Program-made: the position numbers and the translations under genes
Assembly: GCA_964600975.1 (NCBI GenBank)
Contig: CAZRLC010000001.1
Coordinates: 1-61,449 of the forward strand
Source of the DNA: an uncultured Ruminococcus sp.
Lineage (GTDB): Bacteria > Bacillota > Clostridia > Oscillospirales > Acutalibacteraceae
Length of the DNA: 61,449 nucleotides
Direction of reading: 5' to 3'
Shown here: piece after piece, positions 50,987-61,328 of the stretch
How the letters are laid out: each line of letters opens with the position of its first letter
How positions within the stretch are numbered: position 1 is the stretch's first letter
Notes under the pieces: model-generated
Told to the model about the DNA's origin: nothing
The model's input: the letters and a program-made list of their open reading frames with translations, nothing else
Databases searched by the model: none

Positions 50987-52509
50987 GAGAATTCCTCCTC
51001 ATTCTTCGCTGACTTAGTCATATTAAATGTAACCAGCGACAAAGTTGCACAAACAATAAATACAAGGATACCTATAGCTGCACCCAAACCGTACTTGTTC
51101 TGGTTTACAGACAACTTGAACAGCAGGGTAATGAGCAGGTCGGTCTTACCGGCACTATACTTGTAGTCAGCTACGTTGGGACCGCCCTCGGACAGCAGAT
51201 AGATAACATTGAAGTTATTAATATTACCAATGAAGGTGGTAATAAGGTAAGGTGTTGTAACGAAGAGCATGTAGGGAAGAGTAATCTTGGTGAAGCTCTT
51301 TACAGGACCGGCACCGTCGATACGAGCACTCTCATACAGGTCTTCGGGGATATTCATAAGAATACCGGATGTCATCAGGATTGTGTAAGGAACACCAACC
51401 CAGACGTTGACAATAATAACCGTAATACGTGCAAGAATTGCATTGTTTGCAGGTGACCATACATTAATAGAAGAAGGAGCTCCTGTAAACATTGAAACGA
51501 TAAGGTTCAGAGGGCTCTCTGTAGAGTTACCAATCATCTGAGCCATAACCAGCAATGTAACAAACTGGGGAACAGCGATTGTCATAACAAAAAGTGTTCT
51601 CCACAGTTTCTTGAGCTTGATGCCCTTCTTGTTAATCATAAGAGCAACAACCATACCAAGAATGTAGTTGGAGAAGGTTGCGAAAATTGCCCAGATGATT
51701 GTCCAACCTGTAATTCTGGCGAAGGTGTAACCCATGGAGGCACCGCCGCCTTCAGATGAACTGAAGATTTCTCTGAAGTTTTCGAGTCCTACCCAACTAA
51801 AGGAATCGTAGTTAATATCAGAGTAGTTTGTGAACGCCATAAAAATCATAAAGATAAGAGGCAGAAGCACAAACACACAAATAAGGATAACAGGCAGAGA
51901 AAGCATAGTTGAGTGGAATCTTGAGTCAAGGAGTTCCTTGGACTCTTCCCTAAAGCTCATAGGCTTCTTTCCTGCCTTGATTGTAGCCTCGTTCTTAATT
52001 GCAGAGCGAGTACTTGCTATATACACTGCAATAAATGCAACAGTAACCATCATAGCAAGAATACCGTAAAGGAGAATCTGATTACTGTAGTACTTAACTA
52101 TAACCTGTTCACGGGTAATACCCATAAATTCAACATAATTGATTTCCTTAACAGCCTCAAGACTAAAGAACAGTCCCAGGTATGTACCGCCGAAGGTAAC
52201 CATAAAGAAAATGTATGCAACCTCCAACAGGAAGAAAAGAATTCCCTTAATTACCTGTCCTCTGCAAATATTACCAAGACCCATGATAAAATAGGACAGC
52301 TTGGTAATGATATCGCCCTTAACAAAGCCAAGGACATAGTCTCTGCATCCACGACCGATGCCGAAAATAAATTTAACAATACCTCTTCCGATAGCACAGA
52401 AGAAGTTTTTAAGACCTGAGGGTATCGCTTTTATAAACTGCGTAAACTTATACCAAAAACGCTGAAAAACGTTTAACGACATGTATTCGGTATATGTCAC
52501 CCTTCTCAC
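50983..52509 (-). CDS. Maltodextrin ABC transporter permease (MalF-like); start uncertain (52509 or 52500)
   Basis: IPEDLYESARIDGA and NINNFNVIYLL motifs. Confidence 0.92.
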   Translation of the reverse strand: MRRVTYTEYMSLNVFQRFWYKFTQFIKAIPSGLKNFFCAIGRGIVKFIFGIGRGCRDYVLGFVKGDIITKLSYFIMGLGNICRGQVIKGILFFLLEVAYIFFMVTFGGTYLGLFFSLEAVKEINYVEFMGITREQVIVKYYSNQILLYGILAMMVTVAFIAVYIASTRSAIKNEATIKAGKKPMSFREESKELLDSRFHSTMLSLPVILICVFVLLPLIFMIFMAFTNYSDINYDSFSWVGLENFREIFSSSEGGGASMGYTFARITGWTIIWAIFATFSNYILGMVVALMINKKGIKLKKLWRTLFVMTIAVPQFVTLLVMAQMIGNSTESPLNLIVSMFTGAPSSINVWSPANNAILARITVIIVNVWVGVPYTILMTSGILMNIPEDLYESARIDGAGPVKSFTKITLPYMLFVTTPYLITTFIGNINNFNVIYLLSEGGPNVADYKYSAGKTDLLITLLFKLSVNQNKYGLGAAIGILVFIVCATLSLVTFNMTKSAKNEEEFS

Positions 52510-52559
52510 TCTCCTTTATCTAAATATTAAATATTTTAGATAAATCTGATACCGAAAGT

Positions 52560-52600
52560 GAAAGGGCAGACCGAGCTGCTTTAGTTCGAGCTGCCCTTTT
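52560..52600 (-). terminator. Intercistronic hairpin after the solute-binding-protein gene
   Basis: aaagggcag...ctgcccttt stem. Confidence 0.55.
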
Positions 52601-52638
52601 GACTTAGTTTATCAAATTACCGCAATAATTATACGAAA

Positions 52639-53991
52639 TTATTCGTCACGAATACTGATGATACAAGCCTCAACCTGTGCCTTCAGAGCTTCAGTAGAGA
52701 GGTCGCTTGTAGGCTCACACATATATGTGCCGAGAGCTGCAAGAGGATTCCAGAATGTACCTGCAAGACCTGTCTGAGGAACAGAGTACTCTGTCTGTGC
52801 CATAAGAGCAGCCATAGAGGGATTGTTCTTTACAAAGTCGCTCTGCTGTGCAGCTGCGTTAGAAGGTGCCCACTCGAGCTCCTCAGCTCTCTCCATCTGG
52901 CACTCCTCGTTGGAGAGGTAGTATGCAAGAATCTGAGATGTGCTGGGATAAAGAGTCTGGCTGTTAACGCCGAGGAACTTATAACCGAACATATTGATGG
53001 ACTGTGTAGCTACACCGTTGATTTCGATTGTGGGGATAATAGCAAAACCTGCGTTGTCGCCCAGAGCAGCCTTAACAGCAGCGATATTCCAGCTACCTGC
53101 GATACCTGCAGCTGTTGTGCCGTTCTTAAAGCCGTCAGCAATTGCAGATGTGTCGCTGCTCTCAAAGTACTTACCTGCGATACCTGCATTGAAGAGGTTA
53201 GCATAAGCCTGTACGGAAGCAGTTACCTGGTCGATATCGTAATCGTTGAATGCCTGAGTGAGGTTATCTTCCTCAAAGCCTTCTGTCTTAAGACCGCCTG
53301 TGTAAAGGAAAGTACAGGAGAAGAAGCCGTTCTTAGCATCCATGATGAACTTCTTACCGGAATCCTTACATGCAGCGAGGGTAGCTTCCCAGCTCTTAGC
53401 CTGTTCGTCTGTGATGATGGACTTATCATAAACGAGGATATAGCTGTTATCGCCTGTTTCGGGATATGCGAAAATCTTGCCTTCCTTAGAAGCAGCAGCA
53501 ACAGAAGCAGCTGTGTTGTCAGCTGTTACGTTCTCGGGGAAGTAAACTTCTGCAAGAGCGTTTGCCTTCCAGAGCTTGTCAAGCTGGTCAGAGGGGAATG
53601 CGAATACGTCAGCAGCTGTCTTAGCGTCGTTGAGAACTGCAGATGCAGCATCATTTTCGCCCTGAACAGCAACCTCTAACTCGATAGTTGCGTAATCCTT
53701 GAAGATTTCTGCAAAAGCAGCAGTCTGGGACTTAAATACGTCCTGAGCAAGTTCAGGACCCCAAACCTTGAGTGTGATAGTCTCGCCGTTAGCCTCAGCC
53801 TTGATAGCCTCGCCCATTGCAGCAATCTGGTCAGCTGACCAAGACTCAACAACCTCTACAGTACCGTTTGTGCCCTGGGGACTTGATTCGTCTGCTGTGG
53901 AATCGCCGTTGCCGCTGTTGTCACAAGCTGCGAGACAACCAACAAGCATCAGAACTGCCATAAGCAGAGCAAGAATTTTTCTTGTTTTCAT
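52639..53991 (-). CDS. Maltodextrin-binding lipoprotein (MalE-like)
   Basis: Lipobox LAAC, ADVFAFPSDQL and GSWN; AAGGAG RBS before ATG 53991. Confidence 0.9.
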   Translation of the reverse strand: MKTRKILALLMAVLMLVGCLAACDNSGNGDSTADESSPQGTNGTVEVVESWSADQIAAMGEAIKAEANGETITLKVWGPELAQDVFKSQTAAFAEIFKDYATIELEVAVQGENDAASAVLNDAKTAADVFAFPSDQLDKLWKANALAEVYFPENVTADNTAASVAAASKEGKIFAYPETGDNSYILVYDKSIITDEQAKSWEATLAACKDSGKKFIMDAKNGFFSCTFLYTGGLKTEGFEEDNLTQAFNDYDIDQVTASVQAYANLFNAGIAGKYFESSDTSAIADGFKNGTTAAGIAGSWNIAAVKAALGDNAGFAIIPTIEINGVATQSINMFGYKFLGVNSQTLYPSTSQILAYYLSNEECQMERAEELEWAPSNAAAQQSDFVKNNPSMAALMAQTEYSVPQTGLAGTFWNPLAALGTYMCEPTSDLSTEALKAQVEACIISIRDE

Positions 53992-54521
53992 GGTAAAAAT
54001 CTCCTTTGTAAAATAATTTGTTGACACTACGTGTCCAGTGACCCATATTTAACCTTTACCACATTAATAAATATGCGTTTTTTCACTAAAGTAATGATAC
54101 CACAACCCACAAGGTTTTTTCAACTCCCTTTGTACTTTTTATCTAAAAGAATAAATAAAAACGCTTTTTTTGGCTATTTTCACAACAATTTTTTTGCTTT
54201 ATATTCATTCTGCACAAATTGCTCTTATTCTTTTTATAAGTTTTGTCAACGCTTAGTTTGTGCAATTTGCTACCTGATTATTCAACAATTAATGAAAAAT
54301 TACTGAAAAGTGATTCCTTGTTTTCTGTAAAACAAGAAAATCCACCCTTTTTTAGTCAAAATGCCTTATTCATAGGGAAAAATATACAAATTACAAAAAT
54401 TCGCCCTATTGCTATGGAGTACACCCGCACTTTAATCATTGACATTTATCACGAAAAGATGTAAATTTAGCATATAGATTATGCTCTTTCTATTATAATA
54501 TATACGGAGGTGCTGAGGGTT

Positions 54522-55979
54522 ATGAAACTCAAGGAACTGTTATCAACACTAAACTACACACTTGTACAGGGTACTGTAGATACAGAAGTCAGCGATATTA
54601 TCTATGACTCAAGAAAGGTTATCGAGGACTCGGTATTTGTTTGTATTAAGGGTTACGCTACTGACGGACACAAGTATATCCCCGATGCTATCGAAAAAGG
54701 AGCCACATCTCTGGTAGTAACTGAAGACGTACAGGTGCCCGAGGGTATCAACGTTATCAAGGTAGAGGACGCCAGAGTGGCACTATCCAAAATGAGCGCA
54801 GTGTACTTCGGCAATCCCGCAGAGGAGCTTACCACTATTGCCGTAACAGGTACCAAGGGTAAGACCACTACCGTGGCTATGATTCGCTCTATCCTTCAAT
54901 GTGCAGGTATCAAAGCAGGTACCATCGGCACTCTGGGTATAATCATTAACGAAAAGGTTTACAAAACCAACAATACAACTCCCGAAAGCTACGAGATTCA
55001 TCAGGCATTCAGAAAGATGGTGTCCAAGGGCTGCAGTGCAGTTATTATGGAGGTCTCCTCTATCGGACTCAAACAGCATCGCACAGACAACATTCTTTTT
55101 GACTATGCAGTATTTACCAACTTCTCTCACGACCATATCGGCGACAACGAGCACAAGGATATGGAGGAATACCTGTATTGCAAAAGTCTTCTTTTTAAGC
55201 AGTGCAAGTTGGGACTTGTCAATATTGATGACGAAAATTACAAGGCTATTCTGGAGGGTAGCTCCTGTGAGGTTGAAAGCTACGGCTTCTCTCAGGAGGC
55301 TGATCTGGTAGGCTACTCCGACTCTCTCATTGCCCGTCCCGGCTATATCGGCATCCACTTTGAGATGAAGGGTGCGAAGGAGCTTTCTGCTGACGTAGCC
55401 ATTCCCGGCAGGTTCAGTGCATACAATGCTCTGGCGGCTGTGTCTGTATGCCGTCACTTCGATATAAGCGACGAGGATATCCTCAAAGGTCTTGACACAG
55501 TTAAGGTCAAGGGTCGAGTTGAGGTTGTAGAGGTACCCGGAAACTACACCCTGCTTATTGACTACGCTCACAATGCCATGTCTATGGAGAACGTCCTCTC
55601 TACACTGAGGGAATACAACCCCGCCCGACTTGTTACCATGTTCGGTGCAGGTGGCAACCGTCCAAAGGTAAGACGCTATGAAATGGGCGAGGTATCCGGA
55701 AGACTGTCTGACCTGTCTGTTATCACCGAGGATAACTCCAGATTTGAGGATGTTATGGACATCATAAAAGATATAAAGGTAGGTATCGACAAAACCGAGG
55801 GTAAGTACGTTATCGTTCCCAACCGTGTGGCAGCCATCCGCTATTGCATCGAGAATGCTAAGGACGGCGACATTATAGTCCTTGCAGGTAAGGGCCACGA
55901 AGACTACCAGGAAATCGGCGGTGTCAAGTATCACCTTGATGAGCGTGAGGTTATCGCAGAGGTTATCGAGTCTCTGTAA
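54522..55979 (+). CDS. murE: UDP-MurNAc-L-Ala-D-Glu--diamino acid ligase
   Basis: VTGTKGKTT, TTPES, MEVSS, IDYAHN, DNSR and LAGKGHE. Confidence 0.95.
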   Translation: MKLKELLSTLNYTLVQGTVDTEVSDIIYDSRKVIEDSVFVCIKGYATDGHKYIPDAIEKGATSLVVTEDVQVPEGINVIKVEDARVALSKMSAVYFGNPAEELTTIAVTGTKGKTTTVAMIRSILQCAGIKAGTIGTLGIIINEKVYKTNNTTPESYEIHQAFRKMVSKGCSAVIMEVSSIGLKQHRTDNILFDYAVFTNFSHDHIGDNEHKDMEEYLYCKSLLFKQCKLGLVNIDDENYKAILEGSSCEVESYGFSQEADLVGYSDSLIARPGYIGIHFEMKGAKELSADVAIPGRFSAYNALAAVSVCRHFDISDEDILKGLDTVKVKGRVEVVEVPGNYTLLIDYAHNAMSMENVLSTLREYNPARLVTMFGAGGNRPKVRRYEMGEVSGRLSDLSVITEDNSRFEDVMDIIKDIKVGIDKTEGKYVIVPNRVAAIRYCIENAKDGDIIVLAGKGHEDYQEIGGVKYHLDEREVIAEVIESL

Positions 55980-55998
55980 TATAAACACTTTACTAAGC

Positions 55999-56042
55999 AA
56001 AAAGAGAACTGTACTTTTTTCGTACAGTTCTCTTCTTATTTT
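55999..56042. terminator. Bidirectional terminator
   Basis: aagagaactgtac...gtacagttctctt. Confidence 0.8.
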
Positions 56043-56051
56043 ACAGAGAAA

Positions 56052-58085
56052 CTATTTAACCTTTGAGAATCGAAGTATTACCTTGAACAAGTCTCCGTCA
56101 ATTACCAAATTCATTGTACCGCCCTGAAGCTCTGTCAGGCTTCGGGCAATAGAAAGCCCCAACCCATTACCCTCGGTACTTCTGGAGCTGTCCCCGCGGA
56201 CAAATCTCTCCATAAGCTCATCAGCAGATATATTGAGAGCTGTTCTGGAGGTGTTTTTAAGGGTCAAGACCACCTCGTCGCCCTCTGTCTCCAGACTCAG
56301 ATATACTCTCGTATAGTCCTGAGAATACTTGCACACATTGTTTATCAGATTGTCAAGCACCCTCCAGAGCCTTCTGCCGTCTGCCATAATAACGGTATCC
56401 TCCTCGGGCATAGAGGTCACAAGCTCCAGCTTAGCGTTCTTCAGTTTATCCTCGTATTCGCCTACTGCCTGAGTCAGCAGGATTTTCATATTGCAGGGTT
56501 CGGGATTTATCTCTATATTTCCCGTGGATGCCTTGGAAGCTTCTACCAAATCCTCTATGAGACGTTTGAGTCTTTCCGAGGACCGTATCAGCACCTGCGT
56601 ATATTCCGTAATTTTAGGATTATCACACTTTTCCTTAGAAATAAGGTCGGTGTAGTTAATAATTGAAGTAAGAGGTGTCTTAATATCGTGAGAAACATTG
56701 GTGATAAGCTCGGTCTTCATCCGTTCACTCTTCATCCTCTCACCTACTGCCAAAGTCATACCCTCGGCAATATTATTGAGGGCTTTTCCGTGATGCTTGA
56801 AATCTCCCCACATTCTGGATGTTTCCACCTGATAGCTCAGGTCCCCCTCAGCCAGAGAGTCCCCTGCTTTCTTCAGTTTCTTCATCGTCAGAGCACAGTT
56901 GATTACCAGAGGCACAAGAACCAACTTCTCAATAAACCAGAACACAGTCAGATTATCCATCTCCCACCAGTTATTTACAATTACTATTAACTCAATAATC
57001 GTAACTACCGCTACAGACACCGCCGTCTTCCACACAATCGGAAGATTCCTTAAGAATCTCACTACACATCGAATAGCTCTGTATATCAGTCTCACTATGC
57101 AGAATATCAGGGTATTACGCCAACACTTGCCAAGCTTCACCCTTGTTGCAAGGCTCATAAGATACCCAAGCACCGACAGTTCTGCCAGACCGCCTATTAC
57201 CACAACACCGGTCACCATAAGAGGCATCAAGGCTGCAAATACATTATCGTAATATGAGGCTTCTTCAAGCATCAACCACATAATCAAAATTGAACCGATG
57301 ACTATTCCTGCCACAATCAATGTCAGCAGGTCAAGAGGTATCTTCGTAGCCCAGCTGCCCTGTATGCCATCCCGTCCCTTTCTGTGTCCCGAGGAGCACA
57401 TAAGGAAAACTACACAGAGTATCAGTATTATTCCTGCACCTACACCTATTACATAAATAGAGTATAGCAAGGAGTACGCTATATCCAGAAGATTCTCCAC
57501 AACATAATATTTATCGGGGATAGAATACTCCGTAGAGACAACCATAGTCACATTCACAGAGGATAAAGTCTCTATTCCCTCATAGACTCCATTCTCTGTG
57601 TATTGAATTGAATAATAATCATTATGCCAGACAAACTCCAGTTCCTTGGGAGACTGATACTTAACATTTCCCTCGCTCTCATATTCACACAAAAGTTCAC
57701 CTGTATCTGCGTCCGTAAAACTCGCATATACTACGCTACCGTCACCTAAATATTGACGGACATATTCCTGCTGATTTTTTATTTCATTGGTATCGCCAAC
57801 CGCGTACGCTGAAATCAAATCAGGCAGAATCTTGTTGCAGTCATCCCTTGCCAGAGCATCAAAGGAGTCGGACAACATAACCGCCTTGGGCGTAGAATAC
57901 ATATCCAGTACTATCATCAGTGTTGCACCAAAAACGCTTAATACCACCACAAAACTCATCAATATTGCGAGAATCATCGCCACAGTCTTCATAAGCAAAC
58001 TGTGAGTCAAAGCCTCACGGGAGGTCTTTTTTACATCACTGCTATCCATATTGATTATGTTGATATTATCTTCCCTGTTTTCCAT
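56052..58085 (-). CDS. Multi-TM sensor histidine kinase
   Basis: SHDIKTPL H-box, NLINNVCKY and GNGLGL. Confidence 0.93.
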   Translation of the reverse strand: MENREDNINIINMDSSDVKKTSREALTHSLLMKTVAMILAILMSFVVVLSVFGATLMIVLDMYSTPKAVMLSDSFDALARDDCNKILPDLISAYAVGDTNEIKNQQEYVRQYLGDGSVVYASFTDADTGELLCEYESEGNVKYQSPKELEFVWHNDYYSIQYTENGVYEGIETLSSVNVTMVVSTEYSIPDKYYVVENLLDIAYSLLYSIYVIGVGAGIILILCVVFLMCSSGHRKGRDGIQGSWATKIPLDLLTLIVAGIVIGSILIMWLMLEEASYYDNVFAALMPLMVTGVVVIGGLAELSVLGYLMSLATRVKLGKCWRNTLIFCIVRLIYRAIRCVVRFLRNLPIVWKTAVSVAVVTIIELIVIVNNWWEMDNLTVFWFIEKLVLVPLVINCALTMKKLKKAGDSLAEGDLSYQVETSRMWGDFKHHGKALNNIAEGMTLAVGERMKSERMKTELITNVSHDIKTPLTSIINYTDLISKEKCDNPKITEYTQVLIRSSERLKRLIEDLVEASKASTGNIEINPEPCNMKILLTQAVGEYEDKLKNAKLELVTSMPEEDTVIMADGRRLWRVLDNLINNVCKYSQDYTRVYLSLETEGDEVVLTLKNTSRTALNISADELMERFVRGDSSRSTEGNGLGLSIARSLTELQGGTMNLVIDGDLFKVILRFSKVK

Positions 58086-58779
58086 AATCCTTGCCTCTTT
58101 CTATTTTATAGCCCTGACCGAATACAACCTTCAGATATCTGGGTTGTGCAGGGTCAATCTCAATTTTTTCTCTCAGATGCCTTATATGTACCGCTACTGT
58201 GTTCTCACTGCCAAGTACAGGTTCCTTCCAAACCTGAGAATATATTTCTTTTGGAGAATATACTCTGTCGGGATTGGATATTAGTAGCTTCAATATCTCG
58301 TATTCCTTGGGAGTTAGGGCTACCGCCTCTCCGTCAAGAGTCACGGTTTTGCTTCGGTCGTCAAGCTCGATGCCGCCCACTGTATAAACATCAGTCTTGA
58401 TAGTACCCGAGCCAAGATGCATATATCTGCGAAGCTGAGAACGTACTCGGGCCGCTACCTCAACAGGGCTGAAGGGCTTTGTAATATAATCATCAGCACC
58501 TAAATCCAAGCCAAGTATTTTATCTGCATCCTCGCTTTTTGCAGTTAGGAGTATAACCGGAATGTTACTTCTTAGCCTCAGCTCACTAAGGGTAGAAATC
58601 CCATCCATAACAGGCATCATAATATCAAGCAAAACCAGATGAACGTCCACCGAGTCGATAATGCTCAAAGCCTCCGCACCGTTAGCCGCCGTATATATCT
58701 TGTAATCTCCATTAGATAAATAAATTCTAAGAGCGTTAACTATATCCTGCTCATCGTCACATATGAGAATGTTATACAT
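58066..58779 (-). CDS. OmpR-family response regulator
   Basis: CDDE, LLDIMMP, GADDYITKPF and AVHIRHLREKIE; start placed at ATG 58779. Confidence 0.95.
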   Translation of the reverse strand: MYNILICDDEQDIVNALRIYLSNGDYKIYTAANGAEALSIIDSVDVHLVLLDIMMPVMDGISTLSELRLRSNIPVILLTAKSEDADKILGLDLGADDYITKPFSPVEVAARVRSQLRRYMHLGSGTIKTDVYTVGGIELDDRSKTVTLDGEAVALTPKEYEILKLLISNPDRVYSPKEIYSQVWKEPVLGSENTVAVHIRHLREKIEIDPAQPRYLKVVFGQGYKIERGKDYGKQGR

Positions 58780-58841
58780 ATTCCTCACTCCTTGATTACA
58801 ATTATACAGTATATCACCTTAAGAATAAAGTATCTGTGACA

Positions 58842-58858
58842 TTAAGATTTGTTTAAGA
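58842..58858 (-). promoter_or_regulatory. Putative OmpR-family autoregulatory direct repeat TCTTAA-N5-TCTTAA
   Basis: 11-bp-spaced hexamer repeat upstream of TATAAT (58801-58806); a third copy of the hexamer at 58819-58824. Confidence 0.45.
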
Positions 58859-59065
58859 AACAAATTGAGGTTGTATGCAGACGATTTGAGGTTGGTTCGA
58901 AACCGAGTCACAAGTATGTGTATAATAAATTTGAAGTAGCCTACAAGATTTCATTTCAGGTGTGTGAATCACACAATCTGTTTTGTGAAGTTTATTCACA
59001 TATTATATAAAATCAACGTGTTTCCTCCATTCCGGAAAATATACATCAGACAACACAAAAAACTC

Positions 59066-59094
59066 TTGACACACCGAGTTCTTCGTGGTAATAT
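59066..59094 (+). promoter_or_regulatory. sigmaA promoter of tRNA-Trp
   Basis: TTGACA-17 bp-TAATAT with TGn extension. Confidence 0.7.
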
Positions 59095-59136
59095 ATTTTA
59101 GTCGCTAAGCGTGACAAACATAAGTTAAAATAATAT

Positions 59137-59212
59137 AGGGGTATAGCTCAGTTGGTAGAGCAGCGGTCTCCAAAACCGCGTGCCGAGGGTTCAAGTCCTT
59201 CTGCCCCTGCCA
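59137..59212 (+). tRNA. tRNA-Trp (CCA)
   Basis: 76-nt cloverleaf: AGGGGTA/TGCCCCT acceptor stem, anticodon loop CT-CCA-AA, GTTCAAGT T-loop, encoded CCA end. Confidence 0.98.
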
Positions 59213-59251
59213 AAGATATGGACATCACTTTTGTGATGTCCATATCTTTTT
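59212..59251 (+). terminator. Terminator immediately after tRNA-Trp
   Basis: aaagatatggacatcac-tttt-gtgatgtccatatcttt, a perfect 17-bp stem followed by Ts. Confidence 0.85.
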
Positions 59252-59255
59252 GTAT

Positions 59256-59430
59256 GAGTAGAGCGACTGACCCGAGGTACGCGGAGCGTGGCGTGGGGCG
59301 CGTTGCCGAGCGCTGCCGGTGGCAGATACAGCGAGGCAAAAGCGGGTGCAGCGGTCAAAATCGGCAACAACCTTGGTTGTGTCCGCCGATTTTGGGCACC
59401 GCAAACGGATAAGTCCTTCTGCCCCTGCCA
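59256..59430 (+). repeat. GC-rich structured tRNA-linked element ending in a 20-bp copy of the tRNA 3' end
   Basis: aagtccttctgcccctgcca occurs at 59193-59212 and 59411-59430, with multiple hairpins between. Confidence 0.75.
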
Positions 59431-59431
59431 T

Positions 59432-59476
59432 AAAAGCAAAAGCATTCGCCGATTCTTCAGTGAATGCTTTTGTTTT
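59432..59476. terminator. Hairpin/terminator after the duplicated tRNA end
   Basis: aaaagcaaaagcattcgc...gtgaatgcttttgtttt. Confidence 0.7.
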
Positions 59477-59627
59477 CCCTAGCAAGAAGACGCTTGAACA
59501 CTTGCTCAAACGCCCTTCATTGTTCCTATTCATTTTTCTCCCCCATTACACCTATATATTAAACACAAACACAACCTACTGCTTGTATAACCTCCACAGC
59601 AGGAGTTTAGCAGGGGAACGGAAAAGT

Positions 59628-59660
59628 TAATCCCTCTGCGTTTTGTTTGCAGAGGGATTA
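59628..59660 (-). terminator. Terminator of the PhoR-like kinase gene
   Basis: taatccctctgc...gcagagggatta stem. Confidence 0.7.
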
Positions 59661-59681
59661 CAAATCGGTTTGATTATTATA

Positions 59682-61328
59682 TCAAAAATTCACTTTTACG
59701 GTTGTACCCTTACCCACAGCACTGTCGAGCTTAATCATACCACCGTGGCAAGCAACCGCGTGCTTTACAATAGAAAGTCCAAGACCAGTACCGCCTGTTT
59801 CTTTAGAATGGCTTTTATCAACTCTGTAGAAACGCTCAAAAATTCTAGACTGATGCTCAAAAGGAATTCCTATTCCGTTGTCAGAAACTGTCAGCACGGT
59901 TCGGTTGTTCTCTATGCTAATGTTTATCTGAACCTTACCACCATCTTCGGTATAACGGATTGAATTATCGCAAAGGTTGTAGATAATTTCATAGAGATAT
60001 CTGCGTACACCTTTAAGTACGATATTTTCGCCTGTAACATTCATTTCAATGTTTTTGGCTGTTGCCGCAGACAAAAGAGTATTTTTCACCTCATTTGCCA
60101 AATCATAAAGGTCAACATCTTCTGTTACCAGTTCATGATTTTCGTCAAGCTGAGAAAGACGGATAATGTCATTGATAAGACTTACAAGTCTTGTCGCCTC
60201 TCGCCTGATATTGCCTATAAACCTCTGTGTGTCCTCTGGCTTTACAAGTCCATTTTCTAAAAGTTCAGCACTGCCGATTATGGACTGCAAAGGAGTCTTG
60301 AGTTCGTGGCTGACATTAGCTGTAAATTCCTGACGATTACGCTCTGCACAGGCTGTTTCGGTTATGTCAAAAGAGATTATAACCACACCAATAATTTTTC
60401 CACCGGATTCAATGGCACTTACACCGAACTGATACTCGTTGCCGTTTCGCTGTTCTCTAAATTCACTGTGACTTCCCTTCAGAGCATCCTCAACGCATCG
60501 GTTCATTTTGATACTCCTGTCAACCACAAGAAAACTTTGACCTGTTACATCTTCAGTTACTGAGAAAAGTTTCTGTGCCGCTGAATTCATACTGATAACC
60601 GATCCATGTCTGTCAAGAAGCACCAGCCCCTCGTTCATAGAGCTCATAATCTGCTCAAGCTCATCAGCTCTCTTTTTGAGTTCTCTCATATTTTTTGAAA
60701 TCTGGTTGTGCTGTTTGTGGATTTTTGTAAGCATCGGTGTCAGCTCGTCATATATCTCGTTATCAGCAGGGTGTTCAAGGTCGATGGTATTAAGGGGTTT
60801 TACGATACTGTTTGCAAGCCACCTTGCAAGGAAAGCCGAGAGAATTATCGCAAGTATCATTATGATGCCCATAGGCATAAGTATATCGAGCATAAGTGCA
60901 AATGCAGACTCCTGAGTTGAAGATAATCTGAGTACAGTTCCATCTGAAAGTTTCTCAGCACGATATATCATTTTAAGCATAAGAGTGTCAGAATAACGCT
61001 CACTCTCACCAAATCCAACAGCAAAAGCTTCGGAGATTTCTTCTCTTTCTTTATGATTGTCCATAGCATCACTATCAGCCTGAGTGTCGTACAGAACTGT
61101 TCCGTCAGTATCTATCCAGGTTACACGATAGTTTTCATTCTGAAATGAAGCAAGATACTTCTCACCGGAAAGTTCCACTCCATCCGATACAAGGTCAAGT
61201 TGATTTGAAAGCTGAGTTACATTTATCTGAGAAAAGTGATTGTAAAGCACAACGGTTACAACAGAAAAACTGATAATAAGGACTATTGCAACGGCAATAA
61301 CAATGCTTCTGAATATTTTCTTGGTCAT
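59682..61328 (-). CDS. PhoR-like PAS sensor histidine kinase
   Basis: TM-NH..R.E periplasmic region-TM, PAS, SHELKTPL, FERFYRVDKS.S..GGTGLGL. Confidence 0.92.
   Translation of the reverse strand: MTKKIFRSIVIAVAIVLIISFSVVTVVLYNHFSQINVTQLSNQLDLVSDGVELSGEKYLASFQNENYRVTWIDTDGTVLYDTQADSDAMDNHKEREEISEAFAVGFGESERYSDTLMLKMIYRAEKLSDGTVLRLSSTQESAFALMLDILMPMGIIMILAIILSAFLARWLANSIVKPLNTIDLEHPADNEIYDELTPMLTKIHKQHNQISKNMRELKKRADELEQIMSSMNEGLVLLDRHGSVISMNSAAQKLFSVTEDVTGQSFLVVDRSIKMNRCVEDALKGSHSEFREQRNGNEYQFGVSAIESGGKIIGVVIISFDITETACAERNRQEFTANVSHELKTPLQSIIGSAELLENGLVKPEDTQRFIGNIRREATRLVSLINDIIRLSQLDENHELVTEDVDLYDLANEVKNTLLSAATAKNIEMNVTGENIVLKGVRRYLYEIIYNLCDNSIRYTEDGGKVQINISIENNRTVLTVSDNGIGIPFEHQSRIFERFYRVDKSHSKETGGTGLGLSIVKHAVACHGGMIKLDSAVGKGTTVKVNF

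Noticed and set aside
54783..56000. 405-aa antisense ORF over murE, and similar long shadow ORFs over rpoB, argS, secA, pbp, the phosphoesterase and spoIIE
   Set aside because: Fully antisense to well-supported genes with no recognisable motifs; explained by codon bias.
58983..59001. Rex-like palindrome ttgtgaa-N5-ttcaca
   Set aside because: The spacer is 5 rather than 4 nt and no redox gene is adjacent.
59148..59630. Several short ORFs around tRNA-Trp
   Set aside because: They overlap the tRNA and the GC-rich structured element and show no protein-family signal.
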